Shown here: positions 1-11,698 of the stretch, one piece after another
Position numbering within the stretch: position 1 is the first letter of the stretch
Layout: each line of letters starts with the position of its first letter
Source: Gordius albopunctatus
Taxonomy: Eukaryota
Assembly (NCBI GenBank): GCA_964276515.1
Contig: OZ193910.1
Span: 310,001 to 374,000 of the forward strand
DNA: 64,000 bases
Direction: 5' to 3'
Made by a program: the position numbers and the translations under genes
The notes under the pieces: generated by a model
What the model was told of the DNA's origin: nothing
The model's database searches: none
Seen by the model: the letters and a program-made list of their open reading frames with translations, nothing else

Positions 1-212
1 ACACAATGTAAATTGATCTGTAAATTGATCTTTAATCATTCAAAATCATTAAAAAGCCATAAGTAAATCAAAACCTGTATTTATGTTGTTAAAATTAGGT
101 TACCAAAGTAGATTTCTCAATTATCTTAACTTTGGGGTCGTACTGACCCCACAAAGCTTTAAATCACCTTGGGATCATGTTAAAGAGTGAAAAAATCATG
201 GAAATAGCAATA

Positions 213-635
213 TCACAAAATTTCATTACTAGTTGATTTGCTGGAGGGCGTCGTGGTAGTTGTAGCTTGGGAATTTCTATTCAATGGAGGATACCGAAAA
301 TTAATGGGTGGTTCTTTGATTTTGGCTAATCCATCCGAATTCCTAAGGGGTATACCAATCAATTTTGGATCATTTTCAATGATAACTCTTCCCAAAAAAT
401 CCTTTATATTATTTGGATAAGTTTTTGAAAAGTTATTACTCTGATTTGCATTGGCGATCGCATTTGTTTTGTAAGTTGTTTTAATTAGGTATCGTAGCGA
501 TTTATGAAAATTAGACCGAATTTCCAAGGAATTCACAGGTGATTGTTCTAGAGATTTTTGAAGTTCTGATATTAGGGATGAGCAGAATGGAATGCCGAAA
601 AGTATTAGTACAAACAAACGGCCTATAACTGCCAT
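213..635 (-). CDS. Putative secreted protein or exon (signal-peptide-like N-terminus, Thr/Ser-rich end), family unknown
   Basis: 140-aa ORF starting MAVIGRLFVLILFGIPFCSS (hydrophobic, signal-like); a CTACAG acceptor lies about 60 nt upstream on the - strand. No recognisable domain; it may splice onward. Confidence 0.4.
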   Translation of the reverse strand: MAVIGRLFVLILFGIPFCSSLISELQKSLEQSPVNSLEIRSNFHKSLRYLIKTTYKTNAIANANQSNNFSKTYPNNIKDFLGRVIIENDPKLIGIPLRNSDGLAKIKEPPINFRYPPLNRNSQATTTTTPSSKSTSNEIL

Positions 636-3600
636 TATTCTATATTTCCCTCAATATTTCAAGTAGAAAAATGAAAATTTGCTTCAAAGTTTCCTGTAGA
701 TTTATTATAAAATCTGATGTTTCGCGGAATTCTGATTTGGATCATAGATTAACTATGGTATATAGTATTAAAAAGTAAAGATGTTGACAACTATTTAAGC
801 CTTTTTAAAGGTCACAACGACATGTATGCCAAAAAAACTAGAGATAAAATTGTTTTTAGATTTTAGTAAAAAACACTTTGAATCTAAGTGGAATTTGCCA
901 TTTGACACATCACATACACTTAGAGACAGTTGTTGTCATGATAATTGACTCATCATATTTATGAAATAAAATGAATATGTTGTATGATGATAATATGATG
1001 TTTTCCACTTTTTGTAATTACACAAGATCAATAATGTTTGAAATAATCTTTATTATTTTGTTGAAGTAGTTGCATGTTTGTCAATGCATCAAGCTTATGA
1101 CATGGGATGGGGACTTATGATGATATAGTTATGTTCATTCCATTTATAAATAAGATACTTAAATGGTAGATTGGACCTTTTTATAAATTATGCAAAATAA
1201 TTCTGCAAAAAATGCTCAAAATTCAAGGGAAAAACATTTTTTTGCAATTCAGATTAAATAATTTCCTGAGCCATCCCCTACGTTTAAAACCGATTTTAAC
1301 GAAATATTTTATATTTTTCTCACAATTTCTTTTTGAACAAATATAAATTAAAAATTTAAGAAATTTTCATATATGTATTTTTTAATTCCAATAATTTGTT
1401 GGTAAAATAAAATTTGGGATAATTTTGCATATATATCGTCTGCGTTTGTTTAACGGTTCTTTCGCGAAAAAATTGGGACATAAACTTAACTTACTTTCAA
1501 ACTATTTTCAAGATATTTATTTAGGAATAATTTGGAATAACAATCGCCAAAAGTAGGAATGTATCCGGATAAAATGAGATGAAAGGGTAGGTGCTAATTC
1601 TTTACAACTTATCGACTAAATGATCGAAAGACGACGATATGATGCAACATCATTGTTATCTTTCAAAGAGAATTACACCTCAAACATGCATCCCCCCTCT
1701 TCCTTATAGATTCTGGAATTAATCGATTCAAATATATTTCAAACCTTTCTCTCCTTCTCAATCCCTATATTGAGGAGGAGGAATATAGGGGGAGAGATGA
1801 TTGATCCTTATCATATTTCCTTTGTGTATGGGGTATGGATGGATAGTAGCATATTTTTATTTTATCGACGATGTTGATTACAACCGCGCGCGGTCGGTTG
1901 ATTAATAGAAAAGAGGGGAGGGGCAGCGAGCGTGAAGCGAATTATTATTATATTTATAATTTCCTTTATCCTCTCTCTCCCTCGCCCCTGAATACTACAC
2001 TCCACTAGCTTTCTTTCCATAGAGCATTTCTCATGATCATTCTATTGGATTGGTTGGCGCAAAGATGCGCTTTTGGCATCACGTTATTATTTTTGGCAAA
2101 GAAGAGAAGCGATAGCTCAAAGGTTTTATCCCGACTCCGATTGTTGTCTATGAATTCCCACATCTCGTAAATTGGGAGAGAATAGGCATTTAAAGAAATT
2201 AGGGTAAGTTAATAACTCTTCCCAAATTCGATACGATTACACTTTATTGATTGGCAGCAGGCATTTAAATGTTGCACGTTTATACAGGGGTGGCGAGGTG
2301 TCATTTTTATAATTACTAGCAAAGACGACAAACTAACTACTTTTACCTCGCTTGGGATGTAGCCCTAAATGTAGATGAAAGCGATATCGATATATATATA
2401 TATATAAGATTTAATAATAATAATGTCTCTCTGTCTAACAGAACACATGTAGTCTCAGCGGATGGCATCATTCATTAGTCACAGCTGATGAGGCATATTA
2501 AATGAAGGGTATGCTGCTCAATATTTAAAAACCGTTCAAAAAGTTAAATGAAGGGGGTGGCCTTTGCGTTGTTAGTTAAACTCGAACTTGGTTTCCCCTT
2601 TAAGTGCTGTAAAGCAAGCGGGGCAAGGTTAATTTGTAACTAACATTATCAACCTGCCTGCCTACCTTCAAACTCCTGCCTCCTCAGGGCACATGTCAGG
2701 TTTGAAAATAGAAAGCGACTATGAATTATTGTATCGATAAAAAGGAGTTATTATTTTTTCCTTGGCATATAATAAATCGCCTATGCTTGCGTAAGACCTG
2801 GAATGTATAAATTAAGTTTATTTATATGGGCAGTTAAACGCTCCCCCCCATTATAAGATATTTAAATATTCTTAAAAAATTGATATAAATTATTGTTTAA
2901 AACTATATATGAATTTGTAGTCATTTCACATAGGTTGGGTATATATGAACTTGACGTTGATCTGAAATTATATAATCTAAAATTTATTTTTATTGATTAA
3001 TACCATATGGATATTTCATTAAAAAATAATGGAGTTAATATTATTTTATGATAGATTTAATCTTCGAAATAAATTGTCTGGATTTTAGTGATAAGATAAG
3101 CCCCGAGGAAGGGCTATAAATTCCACAAATAATTTCTATAATTGTGTTATACCTAATCATAATATTTTTTGGCTAAAAATAGATAAATATGTAATTATAT
3201 TTACTAACCTAATATTTACGCTAAAAAATTAAGAAAAAAATAGATTGATCAAACGCCACAAATTAGAAATGGCAATCAATATTTAGGGCAATTATAAGAG
3301 GTGTTTATTTTGTACAGGTGGCAAATATTGATTGTTATTCCTTTTATTATAATTTTAAATTAATTTTACAAAATAAAATCGATAAATTAATTTAAAAAAA
3401 TTATTAATTAAATTTATTTAAATTAAATATTTACAATTTAAAATTCGGACAAAAAAATTATGTAAACCCAAACTTTAAAAGAAAATGACATATTTTAATT
3501 GATAAAAGTAAGAAATAGGGTTAAATTAACGCTGCATAGCGAGTTATGGAAAATGGTTTAAAAATCGAAAAACATATGTTTTTACATACTATAGGTGATA

Positions 3601-5315
3601 GGTCAAAAGTACTAAGATTTTGCCGTGTATTAATATTAAAAGTGCAAAAATAAATTTATATTAATAATTCATATATACATGTAACCTATTTTATGATTTC
3701 TGGTGAAACCCTAAATATTTTAACATCCATATAAATTTAAGTATTTAAATAATTTATTGCGATCTATGAATTGTGTACAATTTTAATTTATTTTAATAGA
3801 TTTATATAATTCCATTTTAATAAAAAAATTAAATCTCATAAAATAAAGTTAATTGGTATGTGAATGCAACTTAGAATATGTAACAATGTTTTGTATATAA
3901 AAATAAATATAATAATAACCAGGTAAAGTTTTGAAATTCAGACCAAAATGGTAAAGTTAATATACAGAAAATGGTTAATTTGACATCAATTTATTGATTA
4001 TTCACTAAAAACAGGTCATTAAATTAAATGACTTCTGAAGTAAAATTCATCATCCATTATATAATAGCAATTAATATAGAGCCAGTCATTTTAAATGTTT
4101 TTTATTCAATAGTAAGCAAGCTAATATGAATTCAAAAAATAAATTAATAATATAATAAATCATAAGCTCTCTTTCATATTCTATTAATTCTTTAAAAGCA
4201 CTCCGCCATTTTTTGGATATTAAATATATATCTAAACCTCAATTAATAAATTGGAATGATATTAAAGAGAGAGGGAGAGAGTCGATCTAACACACAAAAA
4301 CCATTTATAATTTCTATGCAATTTATGGGCTCGCTTTCGGTTGTCTGTCCGTCCTGCCTGTCCAAGTCCAACCCCCGATTTTTCAATAATTGCCGTGGAA
4401 GCTGGGGGTTTTTAATGGCTGCTGCTTTTGCAAAACACTTTTCTGTTTGGCTTTCATTTTTCGACCTCGCCCATCATCCATTATTGTTGTTGTGCCCGAT
4501 TGATTACCTTTATACATAAATCTTTTTTGGCAAACTTGTCTACGTTCTTGCTAAATATCTGATAACAATCCCTAAACTCGCTAAATAATTCCCCGCAAAT
4601 GAATGCTGACCGTTCCTTACTTCTACTTTATCTGACCACCCCGGCCAAAGGCCAAAATTCTCGTTAATTCCTATTTATATTTCCTGTTTTGTGCGTTTCT
4701 TTTCCCAATTTGTCTATCTTTGTTGCTCCATAACGGCTCATTAAGTAATTGGCTAAATGATTCCCTCCAAATCTAATATATGAAATTCTCGTGTCACGGT
4801 GTCGGTATTTGAACTCCTCCGAAACGGCTGCACCGATTTTTATGAAAGTTTCTGCGAATATTTCCTAGCTCTGAGCCTACTTTATTCCAAATCTCTAAGC
4901 ATGGGCGTAGCCAGCCCATGTCTTCAAGTGATAAGACGGTCCAGTTATTTTGTTTTATACGTTTTGACGTTTAATAAAATGTCAATCAAAAGCAACCTCA
5001 TGACGTAATGCGTATTTATCGTCTTCTTTGAAAATTTGAATATACAGTTCTTTAGTAAAAGTGTATCATCACTTATAGTATTTTCATGCGTGTAGATAGT
5101 GTAGTGTGATAAATGCAGCAGGCATGTGCTGCGGAAAATGGGAACTTTATGATTTGAAACATTAAATCAAAGTCATTTTTTTGCTTATTTTTTACGACAA
5201 TTATTATTATAGGACGGTCGTGTCCCCTCCTGCGTGGCTAAATAAATTAAAAATCTAGTTTTGTCATTTTTTGTGGGTTAAATTTGGAGAAAAATAAAAA
5301 TACTTTTAACAAAGT

Positions 5316-7133
5316 AATTTACCCCCCGACCACTGTCTAGTCAAACTAGACTTCACTAATGCTTTTAACCAACTTAATAGAAATGTGTTTATGGAGAATA
5401 TTTTAGAAGACTTTCCACAATACTCCAACTATATTCTGTTAAGTTAAGGATGCCCATCCCTTTTGAAATATGGCTTCTTTGTAATCAAATCCGCAGAAGG
5501 CCTTCAACAAGTTGACCCATTAGGACCCCCATTATTTTGTTGCGGCATACAAAAACTAATAAATTGAATCAATAACCAGGGTAACCTTTCATTACATGTA
5601 TGGTATCTCGATGATGCAACTTTGGCAGGCAGCCATAACCAAAGCAATTAATATAATTAAAGACTTTTGTTCATCCCTAAATCTAACACTTAATGATGCT
5701 AAATGCGAAGTTTCACAACCCCCTAACTTTGATCAAAATTCCATATTTAAAACATATTCCATTGTGAATAAAGAAAATCTATCAATGCTCGGCTCGCCAA
5801 TAGGTGGATCTCCCTGTTTACAAAGCTTTTTAAACAAGAATTTAACCCTTTTGGCCTCAAAATTTAATCTTTTAAAACTACTACCAATACATCAAGCCTT
5901 TTTTATGAATTTTTTTTTAAACATCTTCAAAATTCAGCACTGTTTTAGATCCGCTAGGCTTTTTTACATATAGATATTTTAAGAGCATATGAATCTACAA
6001 TTAAAGATCTAACTGAAAAAATTTTGAATCTACCTTTTGATAATACCAGCTGGCTGCAGGCCACCCTTCCAACTAAATTTGGGGGCTGAGGAATTAGGTC
6101 CCCACTCACTATTTCCCTTGTGGTGCCCTTTCTCTCGTCCTTTAAATCTGTGAAGGATCTTGTTTTTGAATTAACCTCTCAATCAAATGATTTTTTAACG
6201 GAATTGGCCATATTGTCTTGGCATGAGAACGTCATACCAGGAACCAGCCTTCCAGAGTCGGTCAAACAACGAGATTGGGATGCCAGTATAGTATCGCGCT
6301 CCGTCGCTTACCTACTTTCGAGTTGTGATACTGTGCAGCATTTTAATCTCAGGTCACTTACGGCCGACTCTGGTCACGAATGGCTTGAATGTATCCCAAG
6401 TAAACACTCAGGGCTTTTGCTTTCAAATCCAGAAGTTTCGTATGCAATAGCTCTCCGCCTAGGTATTAAAGTTACCATAGGATATCCCTGCAAAAATTGC
6501 AATAAGGAAATAGATATCTGGCTGGGCTCATCACCCATTCCATTGCGAGTTAAACAAATATCGCTTTATCCGACATCAAAAGATAAACCTTTTAATCCAA
6601 TCGGCTTTATAAAAGGCCGGCACTCCTTCCATCCTTGAACCATCCGATCCTTCTTTAGAAGGTAGAATGCGTCCCGACAGAGCTTCTATGATCCCTAGGA
6701 GGATGGTAAGTTCCTAGCTTGGGACTTTACCTGCATCGATATCTTCGCGCCAACTAATAATAATTATAACCCACTTTCTTGTGCCGAAGATCGTAAAACA
6801 CTCAAATACCGAGCCATCGCTGATTCTAAGATTTTTATTCCAATAGTAGCTTCCTGATCGGCTACTTTTGGCAAAAAAGCATTAGCTTTTTTTAAATCGG
6901 TAGGAAACAGATCACCCAAAGCTAAATACTCACCCAGCTTTATTTTACGCCAAAAAACCGGCATTTTGATAGCTAAATATAATTACAAATCTTTATCTGA
7001 CACATGGCCCGTGTTGGCTATTGACGAATGTGATGAATAATTTTTTTTATTTATAATATTATTTTATGCTCGTTTATTGTATATTTCATGTATCAATTTT
7101 ACCGAATAAAAGCATTTTAACATTAAAAAAATA
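5316..7133 (+). pseudogene. Degraded, 5'-truncated CRE-clade non-LTR retrotransposon (RT plus restriction-like endonuclease)
   Basis: LDFTNAFN, GLQQVDPLGP, VWYLDDA (5598-5618), CxxC knuckle and EGRMRPD motifs with stops and frameshifts; colinear with the ORF at 60145-61776; A-rich tail near 7124. Confidence 0.9.
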
Positions 7134-7849
7134 AATAAATGTTGATATATCTCAGTTCTTCGAACCTCTAAGAATGGCTCCGCCCCTAACTCATAACAAG
7201 GTTATTGTCATCGGTTCTTTGGTGTTAGGTAGCGCCCCCGGGCCCCGTGTTGTTTTTTGTTGAGCCTTTAACCTAAAGTCTTCTACACTTTGTTGAAAAA
7301 CATTTCATTTGCTGTGAAATTTAAGCAGGGGAGAAAAACGGACTTTAATGTTTGAGGGCTTGGCTACGTCCATGCTTATCCCGGTTGCTTTAAGTTTTTA
7401 TGAATTATCTGAGTACACTGATAGCTTATTAACCAAAGTAATGTTTGTGGGCAATGCTTTTTTACGACCCCTCATAATATCTCAGTTTTTAATGCTGTAT
7501 ATCTAGGCATATTTTAAACTAAAAGGAGGATTTGCTTAGGAAGTTAGGGGATATTCGCATGTTTCGTAAATAACCGAGATTAATGATGTTGCTCCGGGCT
7601 CGATTTGGGCGCAAAAATAAAAATGGCTTTTCGCCTCGGGCCGGACTCATACAAATTAACGTAAGACAGTTGTCATTTTATGGAGCATTTTAAACCTGGA
7701 CTGTGTATTATTAAAATAATTAAATAAAGATAGAATACATGTGAACAACAAAGTGAGTTTAAAAAAACCTTATTTTTTGTCGAACTTGACATTATGATAA
7801 TAAATTAATTAAGGAATTAAAAAATGATTAATAAGCATCGGCATTAAAC

Positions 7850-8235
7850 ACCAGGGAAGGAAAGCTTATAAAAGCCACAGAGATGAGAATTCTACGGTGG
7901 AGCTTGGCGTAAACTAAGCTCGACCATATGAAGAATGACTTTCTCATGACAAAAATGAATATTCAACCTATGGCGGACATGATTAACGAAAATCGGTTAA
8001 GGTGGTATGAAGATAAACTAAGGGGGACACGAATGACCTAAATCGAAAAGTACTGGACATGGAGGTGCCGGAGAAGATAGGAAGAGGACGACCCCGTGTC
8101 ACATGGAACGGGCAAGGCGATAAAGTTATGAAAACTAAGAATAGTCAAGACATGGCACTCACCCGGTCAAGATGCAAGAAACTTATCAAAACAAACCCGA
8201 CGACCGTGGGACCAAATAACTGATAAAGAAGAAGA
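7850..8235 (+). mobile_element. RTE-clade retrotransposon 3' fragment
   Basis: Translates ATEMRILRWSLG..KLDHMKN..ENRLRWY..GRGRPRVTW and ends in a short (GAA)n tail. Confidence 0.8.
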
Positions 8236-9441
8236 TTCAAACAAAGGACTTCACCCCTGTACCCCGGCTGGGGCTGCCCCTCTAAACCTTACTCAAGGGG
8301 CTTGGCCCTTAAACCCCTGTCTACTTGCTGTATTTTTGTGGCCTTATTAGGCTCTTCTAAATTCTTATGGGAGCATTCATTTGCTATGCAATTTAAACAA
8401 TAGTAAAAATTAACGGAGGGCAAATTGAGGGTAGATATTCGGGCTACGTCTATAACGGTACCTGTTGCCTTAAACTATACAATATATCAGCAAAACATGA
8501 TAACAATGAGACCCTATTGCAATAAAGCTCGGTTGGCGGCCAATGATATACCTAAAGTTTCTAAGCTGATGTAAGCAGAATTGTAGTTTGTCCAAATAAG
8601 AGAAAAACTGGAGGCGCTAAAATATGTTCAGGCGCAAAAATAAAACACATTTTCAGGGCGGGTTTTGATTGAAGTCCCAAAACGGCCATTTGCCAGAATC
8701 GTGATTTTGCGGTAGGACCAAAATTTTTTTTTAGCACCTTTAATAAAAAAAACCTGTGGTAATTTACAAATTAAATAATTCTTTAGGCATGTATTAATTT
8801 ATCTGACAGTATATTTATGTAGGCAAAATGTGTAAAGCAAAAAAAAATTTTATGTTAAGTACTTTGCTTTATGTATTAATATTTTGGATTAAGCGTGTTA
8901 ATTCTTCCTACATTAAGTTAGTGAATTATTTCCCATACGACAATTATATTTTAATCGCTCATTATATGATCGAGGCATAACGATGAGCATGCAACACATC
9001 ACTTATAGTATTTTCTAGAAATAATGTATACAGCAAAACAAGGTTTGCCGGGTCAGCTAGTTTACCTATAAATATTTCATTAATTTCCTCACACAATACA
9101 TCCTATATTTATATTTTATTCATGAATATATCCATCTATCGTATAAATCTATCAAACTTAAATAGATTCTCCCAATATTATCTAAAGGTAGAGTCTAGCA
9201 TCTATAAAATCGTTTGAAAATAAGGTAAAATTAGGAAATTTTGGCGATTGATATAATTATTATACCCTGACAAGTGTGGCTTGGGCTCAGCATTTATTTA
9301 TTTTTAATTTTAAGGAGCACTTTTAATTGGTAAATTTATTTTATTAAATTTTGATTTAAAGCACCTAAAAAACAATATTGAACCTTATCTATCCTACTTA
9401 TAAAAAAATTGGCATTAGCTTTCATGAGTATTTAATGTGAC

Positions 9442-10086
9442 TAGAGTCGTGCACGGGCCGCCCGAAGACCGACCCGGTCCGGCAGAATTTTATAAAATAA
9501 TCGGGCATCGGGCCTGATGAGGCGACCCGAGGCCTGAGCCCGGCCCAAATTTAACTAAAGCAAACTAATCTTTTATAAAATATGATTTAAACAAACTCAA
9601 CTCGATATTAAATAATTATCTTTGCACAGCATACATAATACAGCTTCCAAACTTTTGCTTTTCCCCCTTTCTGTTATAATATAACTGCCCAGAATTGCAA
9701 ATGTTATTCTAGTATTTAATTCATAGTAGTTGTTAGAACTTAAGAAAAAAGAAAGGTAAATATTTTTAAAAGTTTTTATATGGAACTCTTAAATCAAATA
9801 TATTTTTTAAAGTTATATTTTTGGTTTTAAATTATTAGCTAAATAAATTGTAACGAGTAAAAATGGATTTTTTTATTTTAATATCCTAGTTGTAAATTAC
9901 GATTAATAAAAATATATACTGCATTTTATATTTCGATGGTGAAATAATTTTCAGAATAAAATTTTTAAGTTTTATTTGATAAATCGGGTCGGGCCAAAAA
10001 TAAAAAAGTCTTTCGGCCTCGGGCAAAATAAAAATGGAGAAGTCGGGTTCGGGCCGGCAGAAGAAATTTTATTTTGCAGGGCTCTA
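9442..10086. mobile_element. hAT-type MITE (family A)
   Basis: Imperfect TIRs TAGAGTCGTGCA...TGCAGGGCTCTA; perfect 8-bp TSD AATGTGAC (9434-9441 and 10087-10094); subterminal CCCGA/TCGGG motifs. Related fragments near 7594, 12200, 48115 and 51750. Confidence 0.9.
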
Positions 10087-10515
10087 AATGTGACACGTCA
10101 CTTGTATTTATTCAATTTGCAAATACACGTGAAATTACAATTTTTTGTAATTAAATGTTAATTATTTCGATTTAGCGCCTTAAAATTTTTATGTAGTATA
10201 AAAAATGTATATAACATCAAATTAATTTTTAAAACTGAGCCAAAAATTGTTTATAAAAGTCATATCCACGTAATTTCTCTTGATCAAAAAGGCTGGTTCC
10301 TATCCTTATAGACTAACAATAAAATAGGCTGAGAAACAGCTTATACTAATTAGGTAAAGATGAAGGCGGCCATGTTTGAGGAATATATTAACAAACTTAC
10401 CCTTTATCATTCTTCCATAACTTAAGCAATTATATAAACTCCGCGAAACCAAGCACAGTGCCTGCTTTATATATCTCTGCTTTGAATTCTCATACCCTAC
10501 GGTTATTACTATTTT

Positions 10516-11489
10516 ATACTACGAATAAACAAAGCATATTTGCTATGCAATTTATACTCAAATGGAGAGGAGCATCGTGCTGATTTTAAAAATATTATTG
10601 GAAAAAGCAAAGGACTTCACGTCCAATCACTCGATCTATATCGAAAAAACAAAGTTATACCATTGGCCAATCCTCATTTTTTCCCATTGGTTAGCAGCCA
10701 GGAGACGGTCAAAAAGGGTATGTATATAAGACACAAAAATATATAAATTAAAAAAAGGAAAAAAATCGATTTACACTTTGACCAATGGTCATTTTTACTT
10801 TGATCAGTAGCCAGCGGACGATCAAAAAGCCTATAATATCAATGTTTACAAGAACAATCAATGTTAAGCTAATAATTTTTTTTGCCCCAACTGAAATTCG
10901 ACCAAAATTTCTTGGCCAATGGTCATTTTTTCATTGGTCAGCAGCCAGGAGACGATCAAAATGGATATAAATACATATGAGTTAAATATAGAAAATATTA
11001 AAATTAAAACCCTCGCCGAGATTCGAACCCATATTGTAGAGGCAAAGTCCCTTGTAAGGGGGGGGGGTGTTGCCACCAGGAAGGCAGAGAAATGTTATTG
11101 TAGGGTTAAATGAGCCAAATGCAACAGGTGTTAAAATAGGCGTCAAAAAAATTCGATTCACACTTTTGCCAATGTGCATTTTTTCCATTGGTCAGCAGCC
11201 AGGAGACGGTCACAAAGGGTATGTATACATAAGAGACAAAAATATAGCAATTAAAAAAACGAAAAAAAATCGATTTAAACTTTGGCCAATGGTCATTTTT
11301 TCCTATAGTCAGTAACCAGCGGACGGCAAAAAGCCAATATTATTAATTTTTGGTTAAAAATAATAAAAAAAATTTGCCCTCGCCGAGATTCGAACCCATA
11401 GACAAATTAAGAACGAAAAGCGTGACATTAAACAAATGCGTGACAGTAAACAAATAAAAAGTGAGCCCATTAATGGTATAGCAATTAAT
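10516..11489 (-). mobile_element. Helentron-associated (HINE/DINE-1-like) element, copy 1
   Basis: Ends are reverse complements of the 21624-22468 element; internal tandem units TTGGTCAGCAGCCAGGAGACG and two B-box-like GGGTTCGAATCTC motifs on the - strand. Confidence 0.7.
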
Positions 11490-11698
11490 ACCTCACGTTA
11501 AATGGCGATCAAATTTACTTAATAATTGATGCATAAACCAGCTGTTAGCCAGAGTATTGTACTTTTTACATCACTCATAAACTTTTAACAGCTTGCTTTA
11601 ACATCTAATAAATTTTTAACCGCAAAAATGGTTGGGTAGCAAAGATTTTATTTCACCAAACATTATTGCATTTCAATTTAATTATTTTAAAAAACGAT

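Larger units (their letters stand above)
4772..9060 (+). mobile_element. Non-autonomous Helitron carrying nested insertions
   Basis: A|TCTAATATATGAAATTCTCGTGTCAC 5' end; 3' end with hairpin GCAAA-n6-TTTGC (9033-9048) then CTAG|T. It sits between A and T with no TSD, the canonical Helitron signature. Pairing the two ends across 4.3 kb is an inference. Confidence 0.75.

Noticed and set aside
10680..11400. Regularly spaced repeats of about 30-40 bp resembling a CRISPR array
   Set aside because: Spacers are themselves repeated, the context is eukaryotic and no cas genes are present; explained as internal tandem repeats of a Helentron-type element.
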